Positions 27,846 through 39,324 are shown, counted from the stretch's first letter. The stretch is 64,000 nt of DNA from Desulfatiglandales bacterium (GCA_963666345.1 OY762721.1:1632001-1696000); one strand, 5' to 3'. Notes: generated by a model from the letters alone, not told the origin. Program-made: numbers and translations.

Positions 27846-30419
27846 TCAGATTTTCTTTCCGGCCCTGATTTCATCTATTCGTTTGATTACCATCTTTATA
27901 TGGGATGCCATTGCTCCCGCACTCGAGTAACGTCTCTTAATGTCCTTTTCAAGGGACCTGTCGAGGATTTTTTCTATTACTCGAGGTATGCGAGGATTGA
28001 GGGATCTCACAGAGGGGTGCCTCTCCCGTGCAATCCTGAGGGCGGTGGAGGTAATGTCCATACCTTGAAAGGGCCGTACCCCCGTTAAGAGCACAAAAAG
28101 CACTGCCCCCAAAGAAAAAATGTCCGAAGCCGGAGATGTTTTCTTACCTGACACCTGTTCAGGTGACATATAGCCTGCTAAAGAAGAAAAATCAACATCT
28201 CTTGCTCTCATGACGGATAACGTGAACTGCGACATGCCGAAATTCTTCAACTTCACCCTTGTCTCGTTTTTATGCTTCAGTATATTTTCAGGCCTTATGT
28301 CTCCATGGACTACTCCGAATTCATGAGCGTAATCAAGGGCATCCAAGACCTGCTCGGCGATGTCAAGAACCGTCCTTACGCTCATAAGGCTGCCTTTCTC
28401 GGTGTTGTCTGACATGTCCTGCCAGTCGAGGTGTCCGCTTATTATGAAGAGCCGGCTCTCATGCATTCCGAAATCCTGAACAGCTTCTATCCCAGGGTGT
28501 CTCAAAAGGCTTATTTTCTGAAGGCTGTCCAGGAAATCGTATCCGGCATCCCTTTCTTTATCCCCGGCAATTTCAGTCAAATCCAGTGACAATAAAAAGA
28601 GATTCCGGTCATTGGACGGACCCCTGACCCTGTAAACGGTGCCGAGGGTGTTTGTCCCGATTTCTTCCACGATCTTGTAGATGCCTACGGAAGACTGCAG
28701 GGCCAGGACCTGTTTTGAATCAACGGACGGAAGGCCTTCTACGATTTCGGTCTGGCCCAACCGCATCTCGCTTTCTCCCTGTCTCAGTCTTGACATTCGC
28801 TTTTTGATGTCCCTGAACTCCCCGTCACCCTCATTTATGGATTCATAGACGGCAAGTGCCTTTGTGGGAAAGCCCTTTCCTTCATAGTCAAGTCCGAGGT
28901 TATAAAAAAGGCCCTTTACCATGGAATTATCAGGAGGGAGTCTGGAAAATTCCTCAAAGGCCAGGTCAAGCAGCCCTTCCCTCTGGTAGGATATTCCGAG
29001 TGACATTACCCTGTCATCGGACAGATCGGCGTTGGTAAACAGGGCACCACGCCCGGGGATAAAAACCGCTTTGAGCCGGATCAGGATCAAGCCGAAAAGC
29101 AGAAGAATCATGGAAGGGGTTATCTTGAGCCATATCTGGTAAAAATTTAGAACAAGTGCCCCTGATGCGACAAAAAGCGCCAGGAGAACCGCCGTTGCAC
29201 CGGTCGCCGGAAAAATCCTCATTCCGGGAAGCACAAAGGAGAGGTAAAGACCGCAGAGGACCAGCATGCCCAGTTCCATCAGGTTTATCCATTGGGGCCT
29301 TTTGATAAATCTCTGATCCAGGATATTGGCGACCGAATTTGCTATGACCTCTACCCCGGGCGTGTTTTCTGAAAGAGGTGTTCGAAAAGTATCCCTGAAA
29401 CGGCTGGGGGCTGCAGGACCGATAATTACTATCTTATCCCTGAACAGGCTCGTTCTGACCTGGTTTTTCAGGACCTTATCAAAACGGGTCCTGTGAAAGG
29501 CATCCTTTGCGCCGTTCCAGTTCATATAAGTACTCATATGACGGTCATTCACAGGCACTGAGAGGTTTCCCGCCGGGGAGCCCCTCAACTCGACAGCCTC
29601 GTCCAGGTGAAGGACCATTCCCTGGTCCTTCACCCCTTTAAAAAGCTTCACGATCGCAAGCGGAAAGGAAGGGAAGTAGGTTCCTTTTAGATAACCCAGC
29701 GCATGAACCTGGCGCCTTATGATGCCGTCCTGATCCGGGAAAAGGTTGATATGCCCCATTCCTGCCGCCACCTCCGCAATTGACGGCAATACCGGCCTGA
29801 CCCTCGACAGCCAGGGAAAATCGGAATCAACCGCCTTGGTCTCAGAACCCTTGATCTCTTTGAATCCGAACCTGGCAATAAACTGAGGGACCCGCTGTTC
29901 ACGATCCTTCTCAGCACCCTCAAAATAGACCGGAAGCACGACATTCCCCGCCTTTTCAATGGCGGCATAAAGCTTCGCATCATTGTCCAGACACGCACCG
30001 GCCTCGGAAAGGGACTTGTAAAAGGCAAGACCCGCTCCCTGCTGGCCAAGGCCCGATTTTTCAAACATATCCTTGAGACGCCTCAGGGCCTTCAATCCCG
30101 CCGTCTCTTCAGGTCCTGATATGGGTATATCCATAGCGATGACCTTTGCCCCGGCCAGGGCAAGGTTGCCGGTTGCCTTGGCCAGTATGTCTCTTGCCCA
30201 TGGGAAAGGGCCTATTTCACTCAGATCATCCTGGGTTATCTCAACGATTTCAATAACCGGATTCGGCTCCTGCCTCGAGGCATATCTCATTCTCAGATCA
30301 AGGCTCTTCTGCTCAACCTCTTTCAAAAAACCAGGATACTTTATCTCGTATAAAGAGACGAACAAAAGCGTGATTACGATCCCTATCAGCCAGGCTGGAA
30401 AACGTTTAGTCTTTTTCAT
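27846..30419 (-). CDS. CHASE2-domain membrane protein with degenerate Ser/Thr kinase domain
   Basis: GPFPWARD, PDQDGIIR, PGVEVIAN, 3 TMs, then HGDIRPEN, NFG, YMSPEQ, SDIFSLG. Confidence 0.88.
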   Translation of the reverse strand: MKKTKRFPAWLIGIVITLLFVSLYEIKYPGFLKEVEQKSLDLRMRYASRQEPNPVIEIVEITQDDLSEIGPFPWARDILAKATGNLALAGAKVIAMDIPISGPEETAGLKALRRLKDMFEKSGLGQQGAGLAFYKSLSEAGACLDNDAKLYAAIEKAGNVVLPVYFEGAEKDREQRVPQFIARFGFKEIKGSETKAVDSDFPWLSRVRPVLPSIAEVAAGMGHINLFPDQDGIIRRQVHALGYLKGTYFPSFPLAIVKLFKGVKDQGMVLHLDEAVELRGSPAGNLSVPVNDRHMSTYMNWNGAKDAFHRTRFDKVLKNQVRTSLFRDKIVIIGPAAPSRFRDTFRTPLSENTPGVEVIANSVANILDQRFIKRPQWINLMELGMLVLCGLYLSFVLPGMRIFPATGATAVLLALFVASGALVLNFYQIWLKITPSMILLLFGLILIRLKAVFIPGRGALFTNADLSDDRVMSLGISYQREGLLDLAFEEFSRLPPDNSMVKGLFYNLGLDYEGKGFPTKALAVYESINEGDGEFRDIKKRMSRLRQGESEMRLGQTEIVEGLPSVDSKQVLALQSSVGIYKIVEEIGTNTLGTVYRVRGPSNDRNLFLLSLDLTEIAGDKERDAGYDFLDSLQKISLLRHPGIEAVQDFGMHESRLFIISGHLDWQDMSDNTEKGSLMSVRTVLDIAEQVLDALDYAHEFGVVHGDIRPENILKHKNETRVKLKNFGMSQFTLSVMRARDVDFSSLAGYMSPEQVSGKKTSPASDIFSLGAVLFVLLTGVRPFQGMDITSTALRIARERHPSVRSLNPRIPRVIEKILDRSLEKDIKRRYSSAGAMASHIKMVIKRIDEIRAGKKI

Positions 30420-30431
30420 GGCAGGATCTCT

Positions 30432-31019
30432 TTACTCGATCTCCCCGAGGACTGAATAAGCGCATAATCTTTCATAAAGTGAAGGACCTATCCCTTTTAT
30501 ATCCAGGAGCTCCACCAGATCGCTGAAGCCTCCCCTCTGATCTCTGTTTTCTATTATCCGACCGGCCGTCTTGACGCCTATCCCTGGGATGGCGGTAAGC
30601 CCTGAAAGACCTTCCCGGTTTATGCACAGGGGGATTCCGAGGGTCACCCTGAAAAACGCGGACATCTGAGTCTCAGAAATTTTTTCTGTTTCGCCTGACC
30701 TTTCGTAGACCAGTCGTTTGCCCGATTTCCTTACCACCTCATCAACAGGAAGGACGCGACTTTCAACCGGACAGTCCGCACCCCCCCGAGTCAGGACAGC
30801 ACCGATTGTCGGAGGATCTTTAAAGGAATAAACGCCGGGTGAGACGACATCACCGGAGATTTCAACGAAAAACCTTTGACCGGAAACGGTATCATCCGGT
30901 TCTATCGAGCTGAAAATCCGGGGGACCATGCCCATTGACAAAAGGAAAAGCAGCATGAGCAGCCCCCCGGCTTTCTTATCAAAGGTCCTCCTCTTTCTCA
31001 TCGTCAAGCCCGAATACAT
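30432..31019 (-). CDS. ComEA-like helix-hairpin-helix protein
   Basis: [20 protein letters not shown]...KGIG HhH motifs; true start may be slightly downstream. Confidence 0.82.
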   Translation of the reverse strand: MYSGLTMRKRRTFDKKAGGLLMLLFLLSMGMVPRIFSSIEPDDTVSGQRFFVEISGDVVSPGVYSFKDPPTIGAVLTRGGADCPVESRVLPVDEVVRKSGKRLVYERSGETEKISETQMSAFFRVTLGIPLCINREGLSGLTAIPGIGVKTAGRIIENRDQRGGFSDLVELLDIKGIGPSLYERLCAYSVLGEIE

Positions 31020-32211
31020 TGTGAAGGACCCTCACGGCAAGCTCGGTATATTTTTCCTCTATGATGCAGGACACCTTTATTTCCGAGGTGCTTATCATCA
31101 TTATGTTTATATTCTCCTTTGCCAGAGCGTCGAACATCTTCTTAGCCACCCCGGCGTGGCTTCTCATTCCGACACCTATTACGGAGACCTTTGCTATATC
31201 CTCATCGCCCATCACCTTGTGTGCATTGATCCGTTCCGCCACATCACTGACAAGTTTCATGGTCTTGTAAAAATCCGATTTGGGAACGGTAAAGGTGAGG
31301 TCGGTAAAACCATCCTCGCTCGTATTCTGAACTATCATGTCCACTACTATTCCCGATTCAAAGACCGGTTCAAATATCTTTGATGCGGTACCGGGCCTGT
31401 CAGGGACCTTCTTGATCGTAACCCTGGCCTCGTTTTTGTTATAGGCGACGCTGGACACCTGAACCTTTTCCATATCCTTTGTCTCTGTAACTACCATGGT
31501 ACCCCTCTCTTCAGAAAAAGTTGATCTTACGTGTATAGGCACACCGAATTTTTTCGCAAATTCTACTGAACGTATATCGAGTACCTTCGCGCCAAGACTT
31601 GCCATTTCCAGCATCTCTTCATAAGAGATAAACTCCATCTTCCTTGCCTTGGGACAGATACTGGGATCCGTGGTAAAGACCCCGTCCACATCGGTGAATA
31701 TCTCGCAGACCTCCGCATTAAGGATCGAAGCCAGCGCCACGGCCGTTGTATCAGACCCCCCTCTTCCGAGGGTAGTGATATCGCCATGTTCGTCCAGACC
31801 CTGAAAACCGGCTACGGCAATTATTTTACCCCGCTCCAGCTCATCCCTTATGCGCGCGGTCTCTATTCCCTGTATCCTTGCCTTGCCGTAGATGTCATTC
31901 GTACGTATCGGGGCCTGAAAGGCAAGCAGAGAACATGCATCATACCCCATGGACTTCAATGCCATAGCGAAAAGGGCCACGCTTACCTGCTCTCCCGTTG
32001 ACATCAGCACATCCAGTTCACGCGGATCAGGGTCATCGGTCATCCCCCGGGCCAGTTTTATCAGTTCGTCCGTCTGCCCGGCCATGGCGGATAAGACCAC
32101 CACCATCTTGTTACCTTTTTGATGATAACCGATGACCCTTTCCGCAACCGCTCTGATCTTTTCGATACTCCCTACTGAAGTTCCCCCATACTTTTGAACA
32201 ATTATTCCCAT
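30979..32211 (-). CDS. lysC: Aspartate kinase
   Basis: [21 protein letters not shown], two ACT domains. Confidence 0.97.
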   Translation of the reverse strand: MGIIVQKYGGTSVGSIEKIRAVAERVIGYHQKGNKMVVVLSAMAGQTDELIKLARGMTDDPDPRELDVLMSTGEQVSVALFAMALKSMGYDACSLLAFQAPIRTNDIYGKARIQGIETARIRDELERGKIIAVAGFQGLDEHGDITTLGRGGSDTTAVALASILNAEVCEIFTDVDGVFTTDPSICPKARKMEFISYEEMLEMASLGAKVLDIRSVEFAKKFGVPIHVRSTFSEERGTMVVTETKDMEKVQVSSVAYNKNEARVTIKKVPDRPGTASKIFEPVFESGIVVDMIVQNTSEDGFTDLTFTVPKSDFYKTMKLVSDVAERINAHKVMGDEDIAKVSVIGVGMRSHAGVAKKMFDALAKENINIMMISTSEIKVSCIIEEKYTELAVRVLHNVFGLDDEKEEDL

Positions 32212-32247
32212 AGACCTCTCGTCACGTCCTTTCTTTTTTTACAGAGA

Positions 32248-32730
32248 TTAATCTCTTTCTATCCCCTCGATAAGGGTCATGGCCCTGGGATGAGACCCTG
32301 AAAACTTTATCTCTCTTTGCCTGTCTCCCATAAGAATAAGCTCCACCTTTAACCGGTGATCCGGAAGCAGCTCAGGCCATCTTTCAGCCCATTCCATGAC
32401 AACCACACCATCCTGATAAAAAAACTCTTCAAGCCCGGCCGCCTCAAAATCCGCCAGAGACTCGAGCCTGTATGCATCTATGTGAAAAAGAGGGCATCGA
32501 CCCTCATACTCATTCAAAAGAGAAAACGAAGGGCTTGTCACAACGGTGTTTCCAGACACCCCGAGGCCGAGCGCAACCCCTTTGGTAAAACGGGTCTTCC
32601 CGCTTCCAAGCTCACCGGCAAGGGCTATCACATCTCCTCCTGAAAGCCCGGAACCCAGCTTGATTCCCAGACTGATTGTCTCTTCTTCCGAATAGGTATT
32701 TAACTTGAGCAAGCGCCCTTGAGTCTCCAT
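32248..32730 (-). CDS. tsaE: t6A biosynthesis ATPase
   Basis: GELGSGKT, VTSPSF, HIDAYRL, EWA; start uncertain (32730/32772). Confidence 0.94.
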   Translation of the reverse strand: METQGRLLKLNTYSEEETISLGIKLGSGLSGGDVIALAGELGSGKTRFTKGVALGLGVSGNTVVTSPSFSLLNEYEGRCPLFHIDAYRLESLADFEAAGLEEFFYQDGVVVMEWAERWPELLPDHRLKVELILMGDRQREIKFSGSHPRAMTLIEGIERD

Positions 32731-32779
32731 CTTCCCTAAATCATCCCTTGCAAAAACGGTCTTTAACGGCAAACCCCTT

Positions 32780-33229
32780 TCAGATTACCAGAGTCCTTAT
32801 GATGTCGGCCTTTCCGATGACTCCCATGATGCTGTCGCCATCCAGTACCGGAATCGTGTAGACCTTTTTTTCCGTCATTATGGTCGCTATCTCATAGACG
32901 GGGGTCTTTTCATCAACACTCACGACATCCTTTGTGTAAAGCTCCTCTACCAGGGTGGCATTGAATCTTTTCAACTCCTTTTCAAACTTTTTGGAGCTTT
33001 CAAGGTAAAGGACCGCATCCAGTACCATAACCACGGTGGGTATATGGAGTTTCTTGTCCTTTCTTATAAGATCGCTTTCACAGATCACTCCTATGATTTT
33101 GCCGTCATCGTCAACAACGGGGACCCCGTTTATATGATTGGAATAAAGGATCCGGGCCAATTCCTTTATGGTGGTATCCCTTTTTACGGTGATGACATCG
33201 GTTGTCATTATGTCGCTTGCATTAAGCAT
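32780..33229 (-). CDS. CBS-domain pair protein
   Basis: DIMTTDVITV, GVPVVDDDG, IPVLD...GVIGKADI. Confidence 0.92.
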   Translation of the reverse strand: MLNASDIMTTDVITVKRDTTIKELARILYSNHINGVPVVDDDGKIIGVICESDLIRKDKKLHIPTVVMVLDAVLYLESSKKFEKELKRFNATLVEELYTKDVVSVDEKTPVYEIATIMTEKKVYTIPVLDGDSIMGVIGKADIIRTLVI

Positions 33230-33402
33230 TCAGATAGACCTCCGTATTCCATTACAGAAACCCTTGGCCTGGAAGCCGGGTTTAAAAACCGGTTTCGCCT
33301 CAACGGGTCGGGATAATCGTCCAAAATTGCGGAGCCGCCTTGCCCCCGGTCCATTCGGCCGGGATTCTTCACCTGTCAGGACAAGGCAAAGGCCCCCGAA
33401 AG

Positions 33403-33786
33403 CTATGAATCCCTTTCAAGGATCACCATTGCGGCCCCGTATTCCCCCTCATCGGAAAGGCTCAAATGGGTTCCCGTTATTTCGTTCCTGTCACAGATCT
33501 CGGCGCATACCCCATGAACCATGATCCCCGGTTTTCCACTCGGGTGGACAAAAATCTCTATGTCTTTCCACCTGACTCCTTTTCTCATTCCCAGCCCAAG
33601 GGCCTTTGAAAAGGCCTCTTTGGCGGCAAACCTCAGGGCAAAGGCGGAAAAGGGGCTTACCCTGCTGTAGCAATGCCTTGCTTCACCGGGGGTGTAAACC
33701 CTGTTGACGAATCTCTCACCCCACCTCACGACAGTCTTCTCAATCCTTTTTATGCGCACCAGATCTATGCCTGTACCGAAAATCAT
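33403..33786 (-). CDS. acpS: Holo-ACP synthase
   Basis: GTGIDLV, RFAAKEAFSKALG, SGKP, LSLS. Confidence 0.96.
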   Translation of the reverse strand: MIFGTGIDLVRIKRIEKTVVRWGERFVNRVYTPGEARHCYSRVSPFSAFALRFAAKEAFSKALGLGMRKGVRWKDIEIFVHPSGKPGIMVHGVCAEICDRNEITGTHLSLSDEGEYGAAMVILERDS

Positions 33787-33802
33787 ACCTGTCCTGATCT
33801 TT

Positions 33803-34522
33803 CTAAAAATTCTTAATCAATTCAAACATCTCCTTGACGGCCCTCTCAAATCCCACCATAACGGCCCTTGATACAATGCTGTGCCCTATACTGAATTCAT
33901 CGATCTCCTTGAGGGATTCGAATCTCCTTATGTTTGTATAATTCAGCCCATGCCCTGCGTTTATTCCCATGTTAAGCCCGGCCGCGCATTTAACGGCATC
34001 TACAATACGCCTGAATCTCTCTTCGAATTGCGCCTCCGACCTCGCCTCGGAATAACTGCCGGTGTGTATCTCAACGACATCCGCCCCGCACCCGTGGGAG
34101 ATCTCTACCAGGTTCGGATCAGGGTTCACAAAAAAGCTGACACGGATACCCTTTTCCTTCATCCGTTCCACTACCCCTGCATAATGGTCCTTTCCGGCAG
34201 CCACATCAAGTCCGCCTTCAGTAGTGAGTTCCTCCCTTCTTTCAGGAACCAGGGTGACCATGTCCGGCAATGTCCTGAGCGCAATTTCGACCACCTCCGG
34301 TTCGGCGGCCATTTCCATGTTGAGTTTTGTCTTTACCGTCTGCCTCAACAGACTCAGGTCCCTCTCCTTTACGTGACGCCTGTCTTCTCTCAGGTGGCAG
34401 GTAATCCCTTCCGCACCGCCAAGTTCGGCCAGGCCGGCGGCAAGCACCGGATCAGGCTGCACCCCGCCCCTTGCCTCCCTCAAGGTTGCCACATGGTCTA
34501 TATTTACGGCCAGTTTCGCCAT
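33803..34522 (-). CDS. pdxJ: Pyridoxine 5'-phosphate synthase
   Basis: NIDHVATLR, HLREDRRH, ELTTEGGLD, AGHGL, IGHSI. Confidence 0.98.
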   Translation of the reverse strand: MAKLAVNIDHVATLREARGGVQPDPVLAAGLAELGGAEGITCHLREDRRHVKERDLSLLRQTVKTKLNMEMAAEPEVVEIALRTLPDMVTLVPERREELTTEGGLDVAAGKDHYAGVVERMKEKGIRVSFFVNPDPNLVEISHGCGADVVEIHTGSYSEARSEAQFEERFRRIVDAVKCAAGLNMGINAGHGLNYTNIRRFESLKEIDEFSIGHSIVSRAVMVGFERAVKEMFELIKNF

Positions 34523-34525
34523 ATT

Positions 34526-34966
34526 TCATTGCCTCCTTATAATTTCCGCCAGTCTCTTTTCTTCCCTTTCCATTCGATCCGCCTCCGAGTCCGATTTCTC
34601 ATGATCAAAACCCAAGAGGTGAAGTATCCCATGAATGAGAAGACGATCTATTGCCTCGGAAAGGCCCTCGCCTGTCTGCTTTGCCTCCTTTGAGGCGGTC
34701 TCCACCGAGATAACGACATCTCCAAGCATCTCAGGGCAGACAGCAGGCCCACTCCCTTCTGTCATGGGAAACGCGAGGACATTGGTGGGGCCTTTTCTTC
34801 CGAGATACCTCTCGTTTAATTCGGCTATCCCGGCATCACCCGTAAAAAGGATGCTCAACTCCTTGTCGTCACAGGCCAAGTCTTTTAAGACTTTCTCCGC
34901 CTTCTTCCTTGTCTTCGCCTCGTTTTCCCCAGGAATCTCCTGCAGGTAACTTATCAGAACTTCCAT
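34526..34966 (-). CDS. ybeY: rRNA maturation RNase
   Basis: PTNVLAF, LGDVVIS, HGILHLLGFDH. Confidence 0.96.
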   Translation of the reverse strand: MEVLISYLQEIPGENEAKTRKKAEKVLKDLACDDKELSILFTGDAGIAELNERYLGRKGPTNVLAFPMTEGSGPAVCPEMLGDVVISVETASKEAKQTGEGLSEAIDRLLIHGILHLLGFDHEKSDSEADRMEREEKRLAEIIRRQ

Positions 34967-37310
34967 TTAATCCCTTTTTGGCAGGCAATGCCTTTTCCAC
35001 TGATTCGGGATATTCCACACGATGATGGAATATCCCGGTAAGTGTCTTGTTAAAGCTCTTTGCTATCTCATGGAGGTCCTTGAGAGTGAGTTCGCACTCA
35101 TCGAGCTGACCGTCGGAAAAAACCCTGTTTATAATCTTCTGAACCATCCCCTGAACACGTGACGCGGTGGGATAGACAAGGGTCCTGGAGGCGGCCTCCG
35201 TCATATCGGCCAGCATGACCAGACCTGCTTCCTTGGTCTGGGGCTTGGGGCCCGGGTATCTGAAATCCTCCTCCTTTACTGCTGACACCTTTTTGTCCTT
35301 TTTTTCCGCCTGTTCCCTTGCCTTCTCATAAAAATAATATATCAGGCTGGTGCCGTGGTGCTGCCGGATAATATCGATCAGCTCCCTTCCCAGTTTATGT
35401 TTCCTGGCCATTTCAACGCCGTCCTTTACGTGGGAGATAAGGATCAGGCTGCTCATGGAAGGGGCCAGTTTTTCATGCCGGTTCAATCCGTCTATCTGAT
35501 TTTCGATAAAATACCTCGGCTTTCCCACTTTGCCGATATCATGGTAGTAGGCGGCCACCCTTGCAAGAAGAGGATTGGCGTTTATGGCCTTTGCACTGGC
35601 CTCGACCATGTTGCCCACTATGATGCTGTGGTGGTAGGTCCCGGGCGCCTGAACCATTAGAGTTCTGAGGGGCTCCTGGTCCAGGCTTGCAAGTTCCAGA
35701 AGCTTTATGTCGGTTGTATACCCGAAGGCCATTTCAGCCAGCGGAAGCAACCCTGCAGCTGTAACTCCCACAAGCACTCCACCTGCAAAAGCCGATATCC
35801 CCGCGATAAGCGCCTCAACAGTGTAGAGGGAACCGCTCATGGCCTCGATGGACAAAGAAATCACCACGGCTACAAGGCTCACCTTTAGCCCGGTTTTGAT
35901 GAATAATCCTCTCTCCCTGCAGTATCTGATGCCATGTGAGGCCACAATGGAAGTAACGAAGAAATATATAAACAGCTCCACCTGTCCACCTGCGGCCAGG
36001 GCGGACAGAACGCTTATGACCAGGGAGAAACTCGCCGCCACATTAATCCCCTGGAAGATGCAAATCAGCATGGCCCCGCTTGCCACCGGTACTGCGAAAA
36101 GCAACGCCCTGGTAGTAAGGAAGGGAAAGCCCCTGGCGATTTCATCGGAGATGATATCCGCTGCGATAAGCAGCAGAAAGGTCGCCAAAAGGGTAAGGGC
36201 GCTAAACAGCATATCCCTGACCCTTGAACTGGACGACCGGTCATTCATCAGCCCTGCCACATATATGGTAAAGAGAAGAAACCCTATCAGGATTCCCACT
36301 GCGGGCGCCCTGCCCGTCATATGCTTGCTATTAAGGATCTTGTACTGCTCGGTCAGCTTCAGCAGATGTTCAGGCGTAATCCTCTCCCCTTCACGCACAA
36401 TCATTTCGCCTTTTTTGACCTTGAAATAGAAGGGGCTTACGGCTTTCTGGGCAAGATCCTTGCGCAGCTGGGTCTCCCTTTTGTTGAATGTCAGGTTGGG
36501 TCTTATCAGTTCCCCGGATAAATCAAGACAGATTGTCATATATCCGGGAAGGGCCTTGAGACCGGAAAGCCGGGCGGCACTATCACTGATGAATTTCTTT
36601 GCCTCGTTCACATCAAGAAAACCTTTGAGATCTTCAACCACCTTCTCTTTTTCCGTGCTTATGTCATGGAGGACTATGCCCTTTCTGCCCTGATTCAGGA
36701 GCATCTCTTTATTGCCCACTATACCCTTGCCCAGGGCTTGCGTTACCAGTAGTATGGCCGCCTCTTCCACCCTTTCGCTGAAAGATATGGCAAAAAGCCT
36801 TTCAAAAAGATCTGATTGCGGCTTTATGTCCAGGATCTCAAAAAAACGGGCCTCCATGGAATCCTTTTCCCCGGCTTTGAGTTTGCCTTTTTCAGGTTCC
36901 GGGGTTTTGTCCGTTTCCGACGGCACTTCAATATCCGCGGCATATTTCCTGCCCAGTTCAAAGGCCCCCTTTAACCTGACAGCCGCATCGGCTCCCTCAC
37001 GATCAAAATCATAGACCGATATTACCGACTTTATCGCCTCTTCTCTGCCCTTTTCCGTAAGGTCCGAATCTTCAACAAGAAAATCCTGAGAGGCCTTTGT
37101 GTCCCTATCGGCTATGTCGCCCAGATTGTATAGCTTCGGACTTGCCAGTGTGTTGGGGTACATGAGCAGGGAAAAGAAAAGGGTCAATCCCAGAAGGATG
37201 TAGCAGTTCTTAGCCTCCGAACTGAACCAGAACCTGTTTTTTTCCGGAGTCTTTGAGGATCCCATGTCCCTTTCAAGGCGTTTGGAGGTCCTCGGCTTCT
37301 TTATATTCAT
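34869..37310 (-). CDS. 7TM-HD phosphohydrolase (PgpH-like HDIG protein)
   Basis: Extracellular domain, 7 TMs, APGTYHHS, YYHDIGK, QHHGTS, FRYPGPKPQ; start uncertain. Confidence 0.92.
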   Translation of the reverse strand: MNIKKPRTSKRLERDMGSSKTPEKNRFWFSSEAKNCYILLGLTLFFSLLMYPNTLASPKLYNLGDIADRDTKASQDFLVEDSDLTEKGREEAIKSVISVYDFDREGADAAVRLKGAFELGRKYAADIEVPSETDKTPEPEKGKLKAGEKDSMEARFFEILDIKPQSDLFERLFAISFSERVEEAAILLVTQALGKGIVGNKEMLLNQGRKGIVLHDISTEKEKVVEDLKGFLDVNEAKKFISDSAARLSGLKALPGYMTICLDLSGELIRPNLTFNKRETQLRKDLAQKAVSPFYFKVKKGEMIVREGERITPEHLLKLTEQYKILNSKHMTGRAPAVGILIGFLLFTIYVAGLMNDRSSSSRVRDMLFSALTLLATFLLLIAADIISDEIARGFPFLTTRALLFAVPVASGAMLICIFQGINVAASFSLVISVLSALAAGGQVELFIYFFVTSIVASHGIRYCRERGLFIKTGLKVSLVAVVISLSIEAMSGSLYTVEALIAGISAFAGGVLVGVTAAGLLPLAEMAFGYTTDIKLLELASLDQEPLRTLMVQAPGTYHHSIIVGNMVEASAKAINANPLLARVAAYYHDIGKVGKPRYFIENQIDGLNRHEKLAPSMSSLILISHVKDGVEMARKHKLGRELIDIIRQHHGTSLIYYFYEKAREQAEKKDKKVSAVKEEDFRYPGPKPQTKEAGLVMLADMTEAASRTLVYPTASRVQGMVQKIINRVFSDGQLDECELTLKDLHEIAKSFNKTLTGIFHHRVEYPESVEKALPAKKGLNGSSDKLPAGDSWGKRGEDKEEGGESLKRLGL

Positions 37311-37445
37311 GGCTTTTATCATACCGTTCATTCACACAAAACCTTAATCTCAAGGCCGGATCGGATAAAAAGGCATATCCGCACTGGCAAAAAGGGGCGA
37401 GCGATTAAATTGTACTCCAATCCCGGCCCTCTCAGCCGGAACCCC

Positions 37446-38441
37446 TTACTTTGAGTTGTGTATCTCCCTCTTGTTTTCCACCCTTTCAAAGGCATCAATA
37501 ATTTCCTGCACCAAGGGGTGTCTTACTACATCTTCCCTTGAAAAATAGACAAACCTTATACCATCTATCCCTTTCAGAATCACCCCGGCTTCGACCAGTC
37601 CCGAGACCTTGTCTCCGGGCAGATCTGTCTGGGTTATATCCCCCGTGATTACCGCCTTGGAACTGAAACCGAGACGGGTAAGGAACATCTTCATCTGCTC
37701 ATATGTTGCATTCTGAGCCTCATCCAGAATAACAAAGGAATCATTGAGAGTCCGTCCCCGCATAAATGCCAGAGGCGCGACCTCGATCACACCCTGCTGT
37801 ATCAACGCCGAAGCGCTTTCAAAATCCATCATATCGTGAAGCGCGTCATAAAGAGGCCTCAGATAGGGATTTACCTTTTCGTAAAGATCACCGGGCAGGA
37901 AACCCAGTTTTTCACCGGCCTCTACAGCGGGCCTTGCAAGTACGACCCTGGATACCTCCTTTTTTAAAAGAGAGGAAACGGCCATTGCCATTGCAAGGTA
38001 TGTCTTGCCTGTACCGGCCGGCCCGATGCCGAAAACCATATCAGCTGTTCTTATACTGTCTATGTATCTTTTCTGATTTACGGTCTTGGGGGCGATAGTC
38101 TTCTTCTTTGATGTTATGTAGACCTCGTCCCTGAATATTTCCTTCAGATCGGCTGAGATATCAGAACTCAGGATCCTTATGGCATATTCAAAATCATTGG
38201 AATATAGCGGATAACCGGCACCCAGCAGATTAGAAATCTGGCTCAGCACCTTCTCTGCCAGTTCAACCTCCCAGTCACCGCCCCTTATCGTTAGGGTGTT
38301 CCCCCTTAAATTCACCGAGACCTTGATCCTGTTTTCAAGGATTCCAAGGTTTCGGTTATGTTCACCGCAGAGGGTTCTCATCAAATCGTTGTCATCGAGT
38401 GAAAATTTTCTGCTTATAATCATATCTTGGCTGTTCATCAT
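37446..38441 (-). CDS. PhoH-family ATPase
   Basis: GPAGTGKT, RPAVEAGEKLGFLPG, MRGRTL, DEAQN. Confidence 0.95.
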   Translation of the reverse strand: MMNSQDMIISRKFSLDDNDLMRTLCGEHNRNLGILENRIKVSVNLRGNTLTIRGGDWEVELAEKVLSQISNLLGAGYPLYSNDFEYAIRILSSDISADLKEIFRDEVYITSKKKTIAPKTVNQKRYIDSIRTADMVFGIGPAGTGKTYLAMAMAVSSLLKKEVSRVVLARPAVEAGEKLGFLPGDLYEKVNPYLRPLYDALHDMMDFESASALIQQGVIEVAPLAFMRGRTLNDSFVILDEAQNATYEQMKMFLTRLGFSSKAVITGDITQTDLPGDKVSGLVEAGVILKGIDGIRFVYFSREDVVRHPLVQEIIDAFERVENKREIHNSK

Positions 38442-38666
38442 TACCTTCAATTTCAATTCCCCTGAGCCAGGATTCGGATCAAATCTTCCGGTCCGGCAGG
38501 CGCCTCGTTTTTTTCATCATTTTAAACATATTTTAAGAGAAAATGCCACCACACAGCCTTGTTTAAATTGTCAGGGCTCAACCCTTCGAAATTTCACGGC
38601 TCTCTTTAGGTTGGTATGGAACGGATTTGCCTGTTATTATAGGATAGAATATTGAAAGGTCTATTA

Positions 38667-39086
38667 TCAAACCCCGATAATTTGAAAAAGAACCCGTCTC
38701 CGGCGCGGCCTGTTGTCAAAATCCAGCAAGACGATCTGCTGCCAGGTCCCGAGCAGCATCCTGCCTTCACTTACGGGAATATTCAGCGAAGGCCCTATAA
38801 GGGCGGCACGGACGTGTGAATACCCGTTTCCATCCCCCCATCTTTCATCATGCTCGTAATATATGTCAGAGGGCGCCAGTTTTTCTATGGCCTTTTTCAA
38901 ATCATTAATCACGCCGCTTTCGTATTCAATCGTTGTAAGGGCGGCCGTGGAACCTGGGATGAAAAGCGACACGGAACCCTTTTCAACAGATGACCTTTCC
39001 ACTTTATCGGCCACCTGAGAGGTAACATCCATTACATCCGTATGCCCTGTAGTGGAAAAAACAAGCTTATGTTGCTCGAAGACCAT
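38667..39086 (-). CDS. YjbQ/UPF0047 family protein
   Basis: GSTAALTTIE, GNGYSHVRA, LGTWQQI. Confidence 0.92.
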   Translation of the reverse strand: MVFEQHKLVFSTTGHTDVMDVTSQVADKVERSSVEKGSVSLFIPGSTAALTTIEYESGVINDLKKAIEKLAPSDIYYEHDERWGDGNGYSHVRAALIGPSLNIPVSEGRMLLGTWQQIVLLDFDNRPRRRRVLFQIIGV

Positions 39087-39324
39087 CCAATCTCCTCTAT
39101 TCATAATTTTTCACACACAGGAAACAAAAAACACCTGCCGCCTTTGACAGATCTGTAAGCATACCGATAATCAGAAAAAATCGCTGAAGGATATCTATCA
39201 CAGCACTATTTTTCATGCAAGCAAAAGCGATTTACCCGGCTCCGCCATCTCACCTGTGCCGGGAAGTCAAAATCCCAGGCCATGTTTAATTGCGCCTGAA
39301 TCAACACCGTTCAGGAATACACGC

